32,063 bases of DNA, taken from Hyphochytrium catenoides. Its lineage: Eukaryota; Protista; Hyphochytriomycota. The stretch spans positions 1 through 32,063 of the forward strand of contig FLMG01000272.1 of NCBI GenBank assembly GCA_900088475.1, given 5' to 3'. The notes under the pieces were generated by a model. The model searched no databases. It was not told where the DNA came from and worked only from the letters and a program-made list of their open reading frames with translations. Position 1 is the first letter of the stretch. Every line of letters begins with the position of its first letter. Of this stretch, positions 12,501-24,791 are shown in pieces. The position numbers and the translations under genes are program-made.

Positions 12501-15500
12501 AGATAGCTCATCCTCAACCGCCTCCTCTCTTAGCCTATCTTTAGATACGCCCCTGGCCTTGGCAGAGAACAAAGGAAGCACTAACGTTAGCACATCTTCC
12601 CTCTCAACGAGTGACGATGACCCTTTCCTTTCAACGCTTCCCCAAGAAGACCTTCCCTTTTGTTTTACCCTGCAGGGCGAGGATAAAAAGCTTGTCCTAA
12701 GGGCGAGAGAGGAGGATGTACTTCTTGAGTGGATCTCGGCATTGGATATGCTCCGAACCGCCAAGACCCGCTTCGGGAGGGAGGATGCCTTTGCCGGTAT
12801 GGACAAGGTGCGTCTCTCCCTGTGATGGCGTTCCACTGACCTTCACTGGCTCCTGCAGTCCGATGCGTCAAGGCGCGCACCAATCTATTTAATATTATGC
12901 TGCCATTGATCGTTTCAGCCTTACAAGAGTTGCCACTGTTGACACTATGTTACAAACAATTATCATTGCTGGCACAACTAACAAAGTTCCTTATGGTCAA
13001 TCTTTGAACCTTGGCTCAGGAATCTCTCCTTTCGGCCATTGAGGCAAGGCCGCAGCAGCTATTCAGTGATCCTGAATACGCCTACAGTCTAATGGCAGGC
13101 AACACTCACAATCAAGTCTCAAAAGAGATCTGGGAAAGCGTGGCAGGTTAGATAACATAAGGAGGAGAATTTCAGTAGAGAAAGGAAAACAAACAGCATT
13201 AGACTGAAGCTAGAGAGAACCTACTGAGTTTCATGAGAGTGGTGTCCCGAGAAGAATTGGTGCGGTTCAGTCTGCTTCGGGTTCTCTTAACTTTCCTGAC
13301 ATCGTGTGCGATGTTTTTGTTTGCTTGCCTAGGGAGATATTTCAGCGCGCTTTGCGACGAGTTCAGCTCGGGCGTAGTCTTCAGTGCTCTATCTCAGCAC
13401 AGCAAGCCAACTGTGAGAAGAAGGAGAGAGAGAGCGGACTCTACCTCGTCTCGAAGTAGCTCAAAGAAAGGTCCCGAAGGCGTTGAAGGCACCACTGTTA
13501 CCGGCGAAGTAGGGAAGCGGGAATCAGAGGCAGGTGATAGGCCTAGTCTGACTGATATATCAGAGTTAGACACTGCTTCTGGGGCAGAGACCACAACCAG
13601 AAAGACTAGCACTGGCGCGGATAGGTCTTCTACCAGTTCGTCGTCGTTGGCTCTTCCAAGTTCATCCTGCCTTGGCGTGGAGATGTTTAAACGTTACACG
13701 GAAAGCTTGAGAGACGTTTGTCAGTACAACGTCTCCAACAATTCTTGGACAGAGCTAAAGGATAAACTTCTTCTGGATCCATGGGAGTTCCTTATTTACG
13801 CGGACGATCATGTGTCCGAAACCACCCCCAACTATCTCACCTTGCAGGCCACGTCGCAGCTCTTTCTCACTGATCGGTAAGACACAAAAGAGAGTGCGTG
13901 CAGTGGCCTCCTAATGGTCACATGCCACCAGTTAGTGGCCAATATCATCGTTCAACGTCGCTATTGCATGCATACGCTCTCCCTCCTATCAATAGGTCCT
14001 ACCTCCCTCGCCTCTCAATTTTGGGCAACTTTCTTAGATTGGATTCGTTTCCTGGCGTTTATCGGCTCCCCTTTTTATTGTGTTCATTGCCGTCATTGCT
14101 AGGCATCTCTTCCTATTCAAGGGTGGGTCAACAAGCGCCAAAGTGATACCCCTCCATTCTTTACGATCTGTGAGAGCGCTGAAGAAGACCAAGGTACGGA
14201 AAATAGATAAGTGCAAGTCATACCAGACCAAATATTTACCGCCACACGCACGTCTCCCTAATCCTCCACTTCAGAGTGGCTTTGTAGACATGAACTCTGA
14301 AGGTATCGATCTGGAATGCAAGCTATACGTCGTCAACCTCAATTTTGCTCAGGTGATATCGGCTCCAATCGTCGCGGAGCTTCTTAGTCATCTTTATCTT
14401 TAAGGTGTCGTCAATTAATGTTTGTACTCTCTGCTGTTTTCCGTAGCTGATAGGCTAGTTCAGTCTTCAGATTATCTCTTCGCGGTTTGATCCTAACGCT
14501 CTTCTTCGATAGGAATCTAGCCCAATAGAGCGAGCTTTGTTGGCAGAAAGCTGGTGGGAAGAAAGAGAGAAGGAGGAGATGTCAGTAACAAAGCTCTTCT
14601 TCACCAGCCAGAAAGGGGACATTGAGCTGAGCACCTTAAGACAATATCTTTTTTCTTCACAAGGGATAAGTGCAATGGGTAGAAGAGAGTACGTCATCTC
14701 TTACTTAGGTTGCTCGTACTCTGTTGCCCGTGGTTGACTGGTGGAACTTTTCTTCGGGTTCATCAGCTTTTGAGTATTTCTGCCTGCCTGCCGCCATACG
14801 AACCCCTTGATGCCCTTTTTCTCCGTGCGGTGTAGTGACGCTCTATGTTGCCTGCTTTCATACCCTTTGCTGGCTACCGTTCCTCTTCTTGTCAACCCAT
14901 TGAATGCCTAGCATTATGTTGCTGTACATCCAAGAAATGGTAGAAGCGTATCGACTGGCAGCGGTCCACCGGGGCGACACTACAAAGGACCCTTCGATGT
15001 GTACGTACTCTAGCTAGCCATATAGCGCTCCTCGAGCCTTTGACCTAACTCTCCCTGATCTGACTCTTTTCCTTGCGCTTCATGTACTGGTCTTCAGCAA
15101 ACCCTTGCGGGCGGAGCGTGAGGCGGCAGCATGATCAGAGACGGCTGTTCTCTCACGTCTCTAGCCTCGCGAGACGCGGACTCATGCGATACAAGGGGCA
15201 TCATGTGGGATGACCTATTTTCAACTCTTTCTTATTCCCTAAGAAAAGCTCGTCGACATTGTCTCAAATGTCACATAACATGCCCTGATTTATCCTTTAC
15301 TGTCACCTAACCTTTTGCTGTGTTCAACTTCCCTGGTCTCAAACATTAAGCTCTCAAAGTACTATTTCTTCTGCTTCTTGTTATGAACTGATGGTCATGA
15401 CGGCAATTATCTCTTCAAAATTTGGTTGTTCAGGAGCCGTTGGAAGTGCGCAAGCTGGAAGTGTGGGCTGGCATCAATTTGGTCCGCCAGCAGGCTTTAA

Positions 15501-17572
15501 TGCGCGCTACTGGGGTGGCAGAGCCTCGGCTCCTCTTCTGCTCACAGAGTCATCAGAGCCCAAGCATGATGAACACTTTGCACAAGGGTAAGGTGAAACT
15601 GAAGAGCGGCCGTTATTGTGCGGTCAAACATCAAAAGGAAACAGCATCCATAGACATCCTGGCACCTATCTTGGTTATCTCTAGCCATAGCTGAACCACC
15701 AGCTTTTCATTAGCAATAGCTTACACAACCTCTCTTCTATCTTGCTGCCGTCTATCTTGCCGTCTCATCGGCTCGGAATCGTTCTCGGTTAGTGCTTAAA
15801 GCTGTTGACGAAAGCACATGGAAGTGGAAGACAGCAATTCGTAGCTTCACAAGAGAGGTAAAGTGTGAGATAGTATCCGCTACTTCCTCAATATGCCTCT
15901 GTTTATTTATCGCCGCCACGGCCCCTGGAACCTCACTGCTGCTCTTTCTCACTCTCCTGCCTCTACTAGCGGAATGCAGAACCAGTGCGGGAACCATTGT
16001 CCTGGATCTCGCGGTTAGCGGCACATATAGCTAATATAGAAGAGACGAAACGGAGACGAGAACGGGCCGCAAGTACCTTTGAAATGTAAGAGAAAAATTG
16101 GCATAGTGCCAAAAAGGTTACCAGGAGCAATCAAACTCTGCGAGGTTAACTGGAAGGGAGCGCTCGCTTTAGGGGGAAAGTATTGTTATGAGCAGCGTTG
16201 ACCTAACTGACTTTCGACTGTAGCATTATCAAACAAACGTTGTGCCTTCGCTATCGACGACGAAGAATGCTTACTGCCTTGCCTTCTCTCTTCTCTCTTT
16301 CCATTTTGCTATAACCATACAGTTTGCGCTTTCGAGATGAGTGGACCATTTTCTGGCTCTGTTTCGATCCCTTCGTGGACTCTTTGACCGACTACGGCCT
16401 GGCGGTTGTTATGTGGAAGTCCAAAGTTGTCTCTAGTCTGTGGTTGGCTTTCTTTCTGCTCATTGCTCTCCTGGACATCCTACATCTCTTTTTTCCGCTT
16501 CTTCTCGTCCTTTCCATCGCTGCAATAATGCTCGATGCTTTCTCGGAACCCTTCTCTCGGCCCCTCAGGGCCACTGGAGCAACGGGGTCGGGGAGTAATC
16601 CGCAAAGGCGATTCAGTCATTCCAAGAAGGAGCCTGCAGACGGAGGGCCAGCAGCAGCAGGGAAAGGAAAAGATTCTAGTAGAGAAAGCGAAAACACAGT
16701 GGAGGAGGGAGGAAGTCATACTGCTACTTCTTCTGGAAATACGGTAGAAAGAGGCGCTATTGCTGCGGCAGCACCTTCTTCGACTTCCTCGTCCTCTTCT
16801 CCAGCTGTTGCAACGGCAATGAAGTCGAAGGTAGAAGAGGATGAAAGCCTCTTGTCAACTCTAAAGTTGGTGAAAGGCAAGCTAGGGGTTGCAGAAGCCC
16901 GTCTGCATCATATAAACTACGGTAAGATAATGTTTCGTCGGCCAATGTTTACCTCATTCTGCGTTAGACATTCTGGTAGTCTATCTGCTTCTTGAATGGT
17001 TACCTACGCACGAAGTGAACTATGTGGGTCACCAGCTTCTTCTATTGAGTACGTAACCCATTTCTCTTGTTGACAATCTCTTTCTTCTCGGCGTAGGGGG
17101 GTTCCTCTCTCTCTCGTTGTAGATACCTGAGATGTGGCTAGTTCATAAATTGATGGAAGTGCTAACCATCCCTGCGTTAACGTTCCATAGCTCTTTTAAA
17201 GGTCAGGAGCCTCTTGACGTGGGCTGACCCAAGGAGTACGGAAATCTTGCTTCTCGGTTTGGCTGGAGTGGCGGTTATCTTTCTTCTCATCCCAGGTATA
17301 GTTTTATCCTAGAGTCTCTTCCCATCCGTTTCCATGCCTGCCCACTCATTTGACATGACGAGCTTACTTTTCCGTGTCCCTTCTCAGGACGACTTATCTA
17401 TTTACTATTTATTGTATATACATTCACTCTGCCTTGGAGAGACACGCGACCCGGTCCCATGCGGGCAATCTTCGACTGCTGGGTAGAAGAGATCCCGGTT
17501 CTCTCAAGCACACATTCCAGAGTCCAGATGAACCACATCTATCACAGCCTTCCTCCAACAGAGGCTAGCTAA
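9502..17572 (+). CDS. Multidomain membrane protein: PDZ-like, two PH domains, GRAM-like domain and C-terminal reticulon-like (PRT_C/Pex24/GRAMD4-type) membrane region, ~1278 aa, 22 exons
   Basis: Exons 9502-9532, 9594-9796, 9920-10175, 10552-10730, 11002-11055, 11334-11432, 11747-11814, 11912-12234, 12461-12807, 13020-13146, 13333-13876, 14103-14193, 14275-14352, 14513-14688, 14912-15000, 15098-15117, 15434-15587, 15793-15857, 15970-16013, 16323-16921, 17191-17295, 17388-17572 join in frame (3837 nt). PDZ-like ITELDGISVLHLSYPEMTKLM. PH1 IVKEGF..SWRKVYVVLWDSGQL..EEWMVAV. PH2 WNDYFYVLRKDGTLEWF..FCFTL..LVLRA..EWISAL. GRAM-like QLFLTDRHLFLF..VIPLHSLRSV. Two long hydrophobic segments around LLKVRSLLTWADPRST. 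Start exon uncertain. Confidence 0.8.
11191..11263. repeat. Imperfect ~32-bp tandem repeat (2.3 copies), intronic
   Basis: tcttgccttggactcatcacttacttgatgtcg / tcttgcccttgctcatcgcttacttgtcgtcg / tcttgccc. Confidence 0.75.
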
Positions 17573-17632
17573 TCTAATATATCATATATACGGAAGGGAA
17601 GAAGCAGGGGTACAGGCGGCTTCCCCTCCTTC

Positions 17633-18972
17633 TCAGCTCGTTTTCCTCTCTAGGGCATCTTCTACATCCTCATTAGAAATCAGAGACCGCAATGACTTGA
17701 GGGCGAGGGCGAAATCCTGCTGAAAGATGAGTAGTGAAGCAAGGCATTCACAATAGCCCGGTGGCCTGGGCAGCTGGCTTGTCACCATACCGCTATGAAG
17801 GACTTGAGGCAGGAAATGATAGAGGGAGAGCGACAGAGGAGAGAGAGAGAGATGACGAGGGTGCTACGTGCGTGGTGCACGCACCTGTTACTAGGATCAC
17901 CACCACCTCGGGACAGATGGTTCTCGTAAGCTATTGTTTGGCAGACGTGAATGCTGTTGACTTGAGTTACGTCTAGCCACTGGCTCGCGTCCTTTGGTGG
18001 TGGTGGTGGCAAAAACCTTCACTAAGCAAAGCGGCGTGCTTCGCATCTGTCACTCGGTTCCAACGACGCCAGCCGCTCCCTAACTCGACTTCCCAGCCGC
18101 AGGGTCATGATCCGCCGCGTTTCTTTCCTCCATCCACTCCGAAGGAAGCTATCTGCTGCTCGGCGGCCCACTACTTAAATTATTGTTCTGCCAATGATTG
18201 TGCCGTGCATGCCGGCAGGGAAGTCGCCGCAGACCCGTCGCGGCCCTTTGAGAGCTTTTGGAAGTCAACCATGCTTCTTCCTTTCCTGATGATAATAATG
18301 ATGAGTGTGGAGCAGTAGATAGAGCTGATGAAGCGACCAAAGCTTCGTAGCTCTTGTTGTCTTCTCTTCTAATCTTCTAGGGAGGATGCGTAAGAAGGCA
18401 CGCTGCTGGCTAAAGTTAAGCTATAGTGCACGCCTCTGCGCATCTCTTGCTGGCCACCACCGAGTCCGTCTCGCCTCGTGCTTCCAGAGGCAGGAACCCA
18501 CCCAGCACCGGCACAAACAGAACCAGAAGATAGGACAAGAGAAGGAGTTGTCAGCAGGATTAGGGGAGAGAAGGACGCAGATTAGCTCTGCCAGCAGAGC
18601 AAATGCAGGCCAAAGCCGGGGCCAATGCAAAGAGAGAGCACAGACAGAGAGCGTGGCGGCCCTTACGCGCTCACTTTCTAGGTAGTGACAGATCGCTCTC
18701 TGCATCCTTCGCACCAGGTCAACTGAAAAGAAGGAAGACTTTCAGATGACCTATGAGAACAAGCAGAAAAGACCTGAGGCACACTCTTTCCCCAAGGTAA
18801 GAGAGAGCTCTGAAGTCTGAAGAGGAAAGAAAGCAAGGCACTGAAGAAGAATGGATAATAGGAAGGAGCTGGAAGGAGCGTGACGGTCTGTCTGAAGATT
18901 TCTCGACTCCTCTACTTCTTCGTCGTCACTGCGAAAGCTGCAGACACCTCGAGCCGGACAGGACGTGAACAT
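17633..18972 (-). CDS. Possible spliced hypothetical gene or decayed gene; structure not fully resolved
   Basis: Exon-like pieces with plausible splice sites (ECAS|VDLVRRMQRAICHYLE; KIRREDNKSYEALV; terminal ..IFQQDFALALKSLRSLISNEDVEDALERKTS*). No single stop-free path was found through ~18000-18150. Confidence 0.25.
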
Positions 18973-19399
18973 CTTAACTTTGAAGAAGGACCAAGAGACG
19001 GGTTCAATTGGGCCTCACGGCTGAGGAAAGAAAGCAATAGTGCTCTCTGCTATGTTACTAGCGTTTATGATGTAGCAGGAAGTCCATCAACCTACAGATG
19101 AGAAGATGCTGATGTGAGGATGACAGGAGGTTGGACGATTAAGCGGAAGAGAGCGCCGAAGTCCACGAGAAGGAAGTAGATAATGAAGGACGGTCGAGAC
19201 CGTAGGAGAGAAGAACGAGAGTGAACAGGGAGAAGGCGTTTTCGTTTCCTTTTGCCCTCGAGAGCGGGGAAGAGACGACTGGACGACAAAGCTCTGTCTT
19301 TCTCTCTCTTCTCTTTCTCCTTCCAGGACCTACGAACGCTCTGTGGTCCACTAGTCGATGAGACATCCCAAACTAATCCCCGAAGGATCTTATCTAGCC

Positions 19400-20896
19400 T
19401 CACAATAGGAAAGCTGGCTCATCCTCACGGGTTTTCTGTTCGGACGATCCAAGTGCCTGCTGAACCCGTGACAGGATCTTCGTAACTCGTTCAAGTCGCT
19501 CGTGGGCTGCGGCTTGTAATGCCAGGTCCTGTTCATCCCGTCGAAACTGTTGCTCGACCAAGTCATGCACAGTGCGTTGCGGATGAATTAAGTCGTTCGG
19601 TTCCTTCCGCCGATTGTCAACAGCATCCTGAATTGCCGCCTTAAACATCCTTCTCCGCTCTTGAGGAAGATCTGCCCACATCTGCAGTTCTCTCTGAAGA
19701 TATATCTCAATGTCCTGTGGAATACGTGTCTCGCCAGATGGAGTCTCCCATTGTTGCCCACTCTGTAGCAGCAGAGCTCTCAAATAATGGTCTTCTGGAA
19801 GCGAAGCCACTACTGCCTGCATGAGACTGTCATACTCTAGCTTTAACTTCAAGCCATGCTGCAAACTCTTGATGCGAGCTTCCAATCGTTGTTTAAGGCT
19901 TTGAGGGTCTTTGAGAAGCACGGGGTCCGGCAAAGACATCCGTCCGTCTGAAGGGACCTCCAGGCCGTCCAGATACTTTTCGACCCAATCTGTGAATGGT
20001 TTGCTATCCGTTTCCCCTGGTCCTAGATAGAATCTGAAGGCGGTACCATCTCGATGCAATGCCTCTTGGATTCTCACAAGATTATCATGAGCAGCAACAA
20101 GACGCTGGTTTAGTGAATGTTCAATGGGGCGTCGTGGATTCTGTGCGCCAGTGGCCGGTCCCCACCTGGGCTGCTCTAACTGTCCGGACATTGCCGGCGT
20201 TGCTTTCGTTCCCTTGTGCTCGGACACTTGCTGAAGCTTAGGATCAGTCGCAACTTTGCGAACATGCGAGGCACCTCGCGGAGCTGCAGCCTGCGGGTCT
20301 TCAAAACTAGCAAGTGGCTGTTCATCATGCTGGTTATTCAGGTTTTCGTCTTGCTTCTGGGCGTCAATCGGCTGCTGCCTATCTCCAGATGATGTCGCTT
20401 TTATGTCTGCTATCGCTTTCTTTGACGCTTTTCGCCAAGAGATCTTCGTGGTTCGGAGCAGTTTAGACGTCACGCCCTTGACCTTTTTAAACCACGCTTT
20501 GAGCGCATTAACCTTCTGGCGACGGGTGGTTGCGACCCAGCCTGCGTCTTCTGCTCCGGCCCTCGTCAACCTCTCCGCCTTACCAATGCCGTCCAGAGTC
20601 TCTTGCCACAACCCCGCGGAGGGCACGTCATTTGTGAATATTGTCCCGTCCGGTATCTCCGGCTTCACAATTTCCTGACGATGGAGCCACGTTTTGCTCT
20701 TGTGCTTTACCGCCTTCCAACTCTTTGCCAAACGGGGCTTCAGATTCGCTACAGTCCCAAGTGTCCATGCTTCGCTGCTTCCTAGCCATAGAAGAGAGAA
20801 AAGAGAGACAACGAAGAGAAAATGGAGGAAGGAAGAAGAAAAATGTGGCCGCGAAGGGCTGGTCGAACTCTGCTTTACTACTCCTCTCGAGGCCAT
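19400..20896 (-). CDS. Intronless hypothetical protein (~498 aa from MASRG) with signal peptide, basic transit-like segment and coiled-coil-like C-terminal half
   Basis: Uninterrupted 523-codon ORF with normal amino-acid composition. Hydrophobic FLHFLFVVSLFSLLWLG-SSEA|W is followed by K/R-rich, acid-free TLGTVANLKPRLAKSWKAVKHKSKTWLHRQ. Confidence 0.75.
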   Translation of the reverse strand: MASRGVVKQSSTSPSRPHFSSSFLHFLFVVSLFSLLWLGSSEAWTLGTVANLKPRLAKSWKAVKHKSKTWLHRQEIVKPEIPDGTIFTNDVPSAGLWQETLDGIGKAERLTRAGAEDAGWVATTRRQKVNALKAWFKKVKGVTSKLLRTTKISWRKASKKAIADIKATSSGDRQQPIDAQKQDENLNNQHDEQPLASFEDPQAAAPRGASHVRKVATDPKLQQVSEHKGTKATPAMSGQLEQPRWGPATGAQNPRRPIEHSLNQRLVAAHDNLVRIQEALHRDGTAFRFYLGPGETDSKPFTDWVEKYLDGLEVPSDGRMSLPDPVLLKDPQSLKQRLEARIKSLQHGLKLKLEYDSLMQAVVASLPEDHYLRALLLQSGQQWETPSGETRIPQDIEIYLQRELQMWADLPQERRRMFKAAIQDAVDNRRKEPNDLIHPQRTVHDLVEQQFRRDEQDLALQAAAHERLERVTKILSRVQQALGSSEQKTREDEPAFLL

Positions 20897-21577
20897 CCAA
20901 AGTGAGCTCAAGTGCCATCGTCCTATTAGCTGCAATGGCACCCTCCCACAATGGCGGTCGCACATTTGCACAAAAGCTACGTCCTAGATGGCTGCCGCAC
21001 GCACCTGTGCCTCCTCAATAGAGATCGCGGAATGGAATGTAGCTCGTAGGTGAATCCAGGGCAAAGACACAGAATTCTCTACTGCTGCTGTCCCCTATCA
21101 ATGCTAGTGGAAAGCCTACGGTTGGAACCCGTCAGACCCATGAGTTCCTTGTCTATTTGCCTTTTGTCCTCCGCGGTCTCCCGACTCTGGACTCTTCTCC
21201 TTGTCCTTGGGTCACGAGTGAGACAGAAGAGAACGGAGAGAGAGAAGAAAAGAAGATGATGTTTCCTCCCTTTCCGACACCGATGGCGGAGGAGAAAGGC
21301 TTGATTTGACGAGACCAAGAAAGACTTTGTAGCTCTTCTCTCTCTCCTTCCTCTTCTTCGTCTGTCTCTTTCCTTCTCCTTCTGAATCGTAGAAGAATGA
21401 GATAGCATCGGGGCACAAGGCTAGGAGCAGATAGATAAGATCGAGGGAACTCGGGGTGAAACAGAGGACTAGTCTATTCGTAGCGAGCGAGAGAGAGACA
21501 GAGAGAGACAGAGAGAAGAGTCATCAGTAGACAAGGACTAAGAAAGCTATGCGGTGTAGTGATTGGCTCGTTCTTCT

Positions 21578-21976
21578 TCAATGCTTCACTCTGACTGGTT
21601 CTTGGTATAACACGCGTCTTTCTCTTGACTCTTGACCCTTCGCATCATCAGCCACGATCACTTGGCGCACTGTGTTGGCAATCTTATACTTCCAGGACTA
21701 TGTAAAATAGCTCTTGTCTCTTCTTCTTCTTCTTGGTCCTCTTCTTCTCTTTTAACTTCTTCTTATTATAGTAGTATTTAGGGAAATAGTAGATGGTACG
21801 CAGTCGCCTTCCCTTGCCACGGGCAATCCGTGAGGATCATCTACAGCAGCACCAATAGCAGCAGCAGAGGGTGCGGCGAAGAAGGAGAGGAGGAGCAGCA
21901 GACGGAGGAGACTTAGTATAGTAGTAATCGGCTTCAAGAAAGCGTAAGAACTAGTGGTAGGTTTATTCCTCGGATG
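21578..21976 (-). pseudogene. Small two-exon secreted-protein gene lacking an ATG
   Basis: Exon 21976-21800 (HPRNKPTT..ILSLLRLLLLLSFFAAPSAAA|IGAAVDDPHGLPVAREGDC), a phase-0 GT-AG intron, then exon 21697-21578 (SWKYKIANTVRQVIVADD..VRVKH*). Clear signal peptide; the frame hits a stop upstream with no Met. Confidence 0.4.
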
Positions 21977-22067
21977 GTAGTGTAGAGATTTGTAGTAGTT
22001 CTTTAATTCTTAACACTGGTCAATAAAATTAGATATATGACGTCCTATATATATGACTCCTGCCTTG

Positions 22068-22129
22068 CCCTAACCCTAACCCTGGTGGACACTAATTAGT
22101 GCTAAGTCACTGGAGAGCGTTAACCCTAA
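22068..22129. repeat. Short interstitial telomere-type repeats (CCCTAA)n
   Basis: CCCTAACCCTAACCCT at 22068-22083 and TAACCCTAA at 22121-22129. Confidence 0.6.
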
Positions 22130-22197
22130 GATAATACCTTTCGTCCGACACGTAGTACGTACTATATCTACCCAAAACATAGTATTTATCGTACAGT

Positions 22198-23186
22198 TTA
22201 GCTATAGGCAAAAGAGTTGGAGCCCGCCCTAGCTGGCATCATTGAGCGTGATGATGATGATGCTCTCGGCGGCGCCACGCCCTTTTCTTCTTCTCCCCCT
22301 CCGTCTCCTATCATCATTGCGGAAGAGTTCAACAGTGATTCCTCTTCCTGTTCCGACCTTGGTGGTGAGGGTGAAGGAGAAGAAGAAGAAGGTGTTAAAG
22401 AGTCCAGGGCTCTACTATTTATAGCTCTCGTCTCCTCCTCATTTCTCTTCTTCTTCTCCTTCTTCTTCTCCACGGATGGATTTGATATCAATGAGCAGCT
22501 ATAAAATACGGGTTATCTCTGCTATACACTAACGATAAATAACAGAGATTTCTCTTGCTGCAATATCGAGCCCCTAGAGTACCTGACTGCGAGAGAGAGA
22601 CATCGTGAATCAATAGAACTACTAGTTGATGGTGTCATTGATTCTCTTGATGGATCCTCCTGTAAAGTTGATGATGCGGATTGCCGAAGTCTAGAATTAA
22701 TTATCTCTTGCCACAACGTACGTCCATAAACAATACCCTTGCTTGTGGAACAGTGACGAAAAGCTAGTAGATCTGTGCAGTATTCCAAAATCTCATGTCT
22801 GAGGAGGAAAGATAGTGGACTTTGTTGAAACCAGGGGCGGTGGTAGTAGTGGATGATAGCAGAGCAGAAGGCGAGATTGGCCCTTTAAAAATTAACGGAG
22901 ATTATTGCACTTTACTTTTCCAATAAAAAAGCTCCGCCGCCCGCTTTGGATAGTGGAGTGAAGAAGGTAAGAACTATCTGACGTTCCTCAACCCTCTGCT
23001 GGTGTTGTTGTGCCTTTGCCCCGCCTTTTTGCAACTTTTGTCTTCCTGGCCTAAAACCACATCGGCTGCATTTGTGGTAGATACAAATAAAGCAACTTTC
23101 TCTCTAAGTGCGTTACCTTCAATTGTTGTTAATAAGGCTTCGTCGGTACTCACTCCTCTTGCGTTATTATTGGAAGGATCAATCAT
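22198..23186 (-). CDS. Four-exon hypothetical protein, possibly the 3' part of a truncated gene
   Basis: Exons (>=23186)-23117, 22973-22916, 22798-22583, 22498-22198 join with phases 1, 2, 2: ..MIDPSNNNARGVSTDEALLTTIEVLTFFTPLSKAGGGAFLLEKHEILEYCTDLLAFRHCSTSKG..NSFAYS*. The frame stays open and protein-like (DALGVPADFFEND) upstream of the Met, up to the NAC-alpha boundary. Confidence 0.6.
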
Positions 23187-23221
23187 GTCATTCTCAAAGA
23201 AGTCAGCGGGAACGCCTAAGG

Positions 23222-23965
<744 letters not shown>

Positions 23966-24099
23966 AAGATTGTCGGAGTGTATAGAAGCTGTCCTCTCAG
24001 CGCGACGGAGCGAAAATAAAACCTCTTCCACTATGCTACCTTAGCCACCCAGCAACTAACAGTGGAGGTAACAATCAACAATGTCATTTCCCTCAGTTA

Positions 24100-24710
24100 T
24101 TTTTGAACCGCGAGCCTTGTTTCCTTGATGAGACCTTTCCCTATCTTGGGCCTCAATAACCCTATATCGAATCAGCTTTATAGGTGTAACAATGGCGAAT
24201 GGGGTATGTCAGATACTAAGAAGTGAGATCTGTGGGGGTCTACAAGTTGATCACCTAACAGTGCTGTGACTATGCAGCTTTAGCTCCACACCCATGGCAT
24301 TATGTAAGAAAATTGCTGCCGGTGAAAGGAGGCTACGGCGGCAAAAGCTATATTATCTTTGTTATAAAGGTGATAGTCCTGCCACTTTTTTACGTCAGCG
24401 CCGCAAAAGAACGTCAGAGCTTATAGGCGATGCCAAGCCAGCCTGGGTTGAACTTTAGAGTATTCCAAGGGTGGCTACGCTACTTCGTGAAGAAAAGTCG
24501 TGAGACCATGTAAGGATCAAGCACCGGATAAGGCTCAAACTGAAAGCGCTCGGCACTATTTATCATGAGCCTTGGCTTGTTATGCTGCGGCATATCTGTG
24601 GATGAAAGCTAAATAACATTGCATCCTTAGAGATATTGTTGAAAGATGCGAGAGCTTCATGGACAATGTACAACCGGTAATACGTCTACATACATAGAGC
24701 GGTAAACTAT
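24100..24710 (+). pseudogene. Possible decayed gene fragment, family unrecognised
   Basis: Protein-like pieces across frameshifts and stops, with one plausible intron (LYRCNNGEW|ALAPHPWHYVRKLLP; LNFRVFQGWLRYFVKK; ARHYLS*ALACYAAAYLWMKAK*HCILRDIVERCE). Confidence 0.25.
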
Positions 24711-24791
24711 AATAAAGATGATAGAATATGGCCTTGTTACACAGGATATTATCAAGTCCCGGAAGTTAAGTTGATAGTCCTACCAATGGTC

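Noticed and set aside
17633-18725. Faint resemblance to AAA-ATPase lid helices (DLVRRMQRA; QQDFALALKSL) or a receiver domain (CPEVVVILVT)
   Set aside because: No Walker A/B or phospho-acceptor motifs; the matches are too short.
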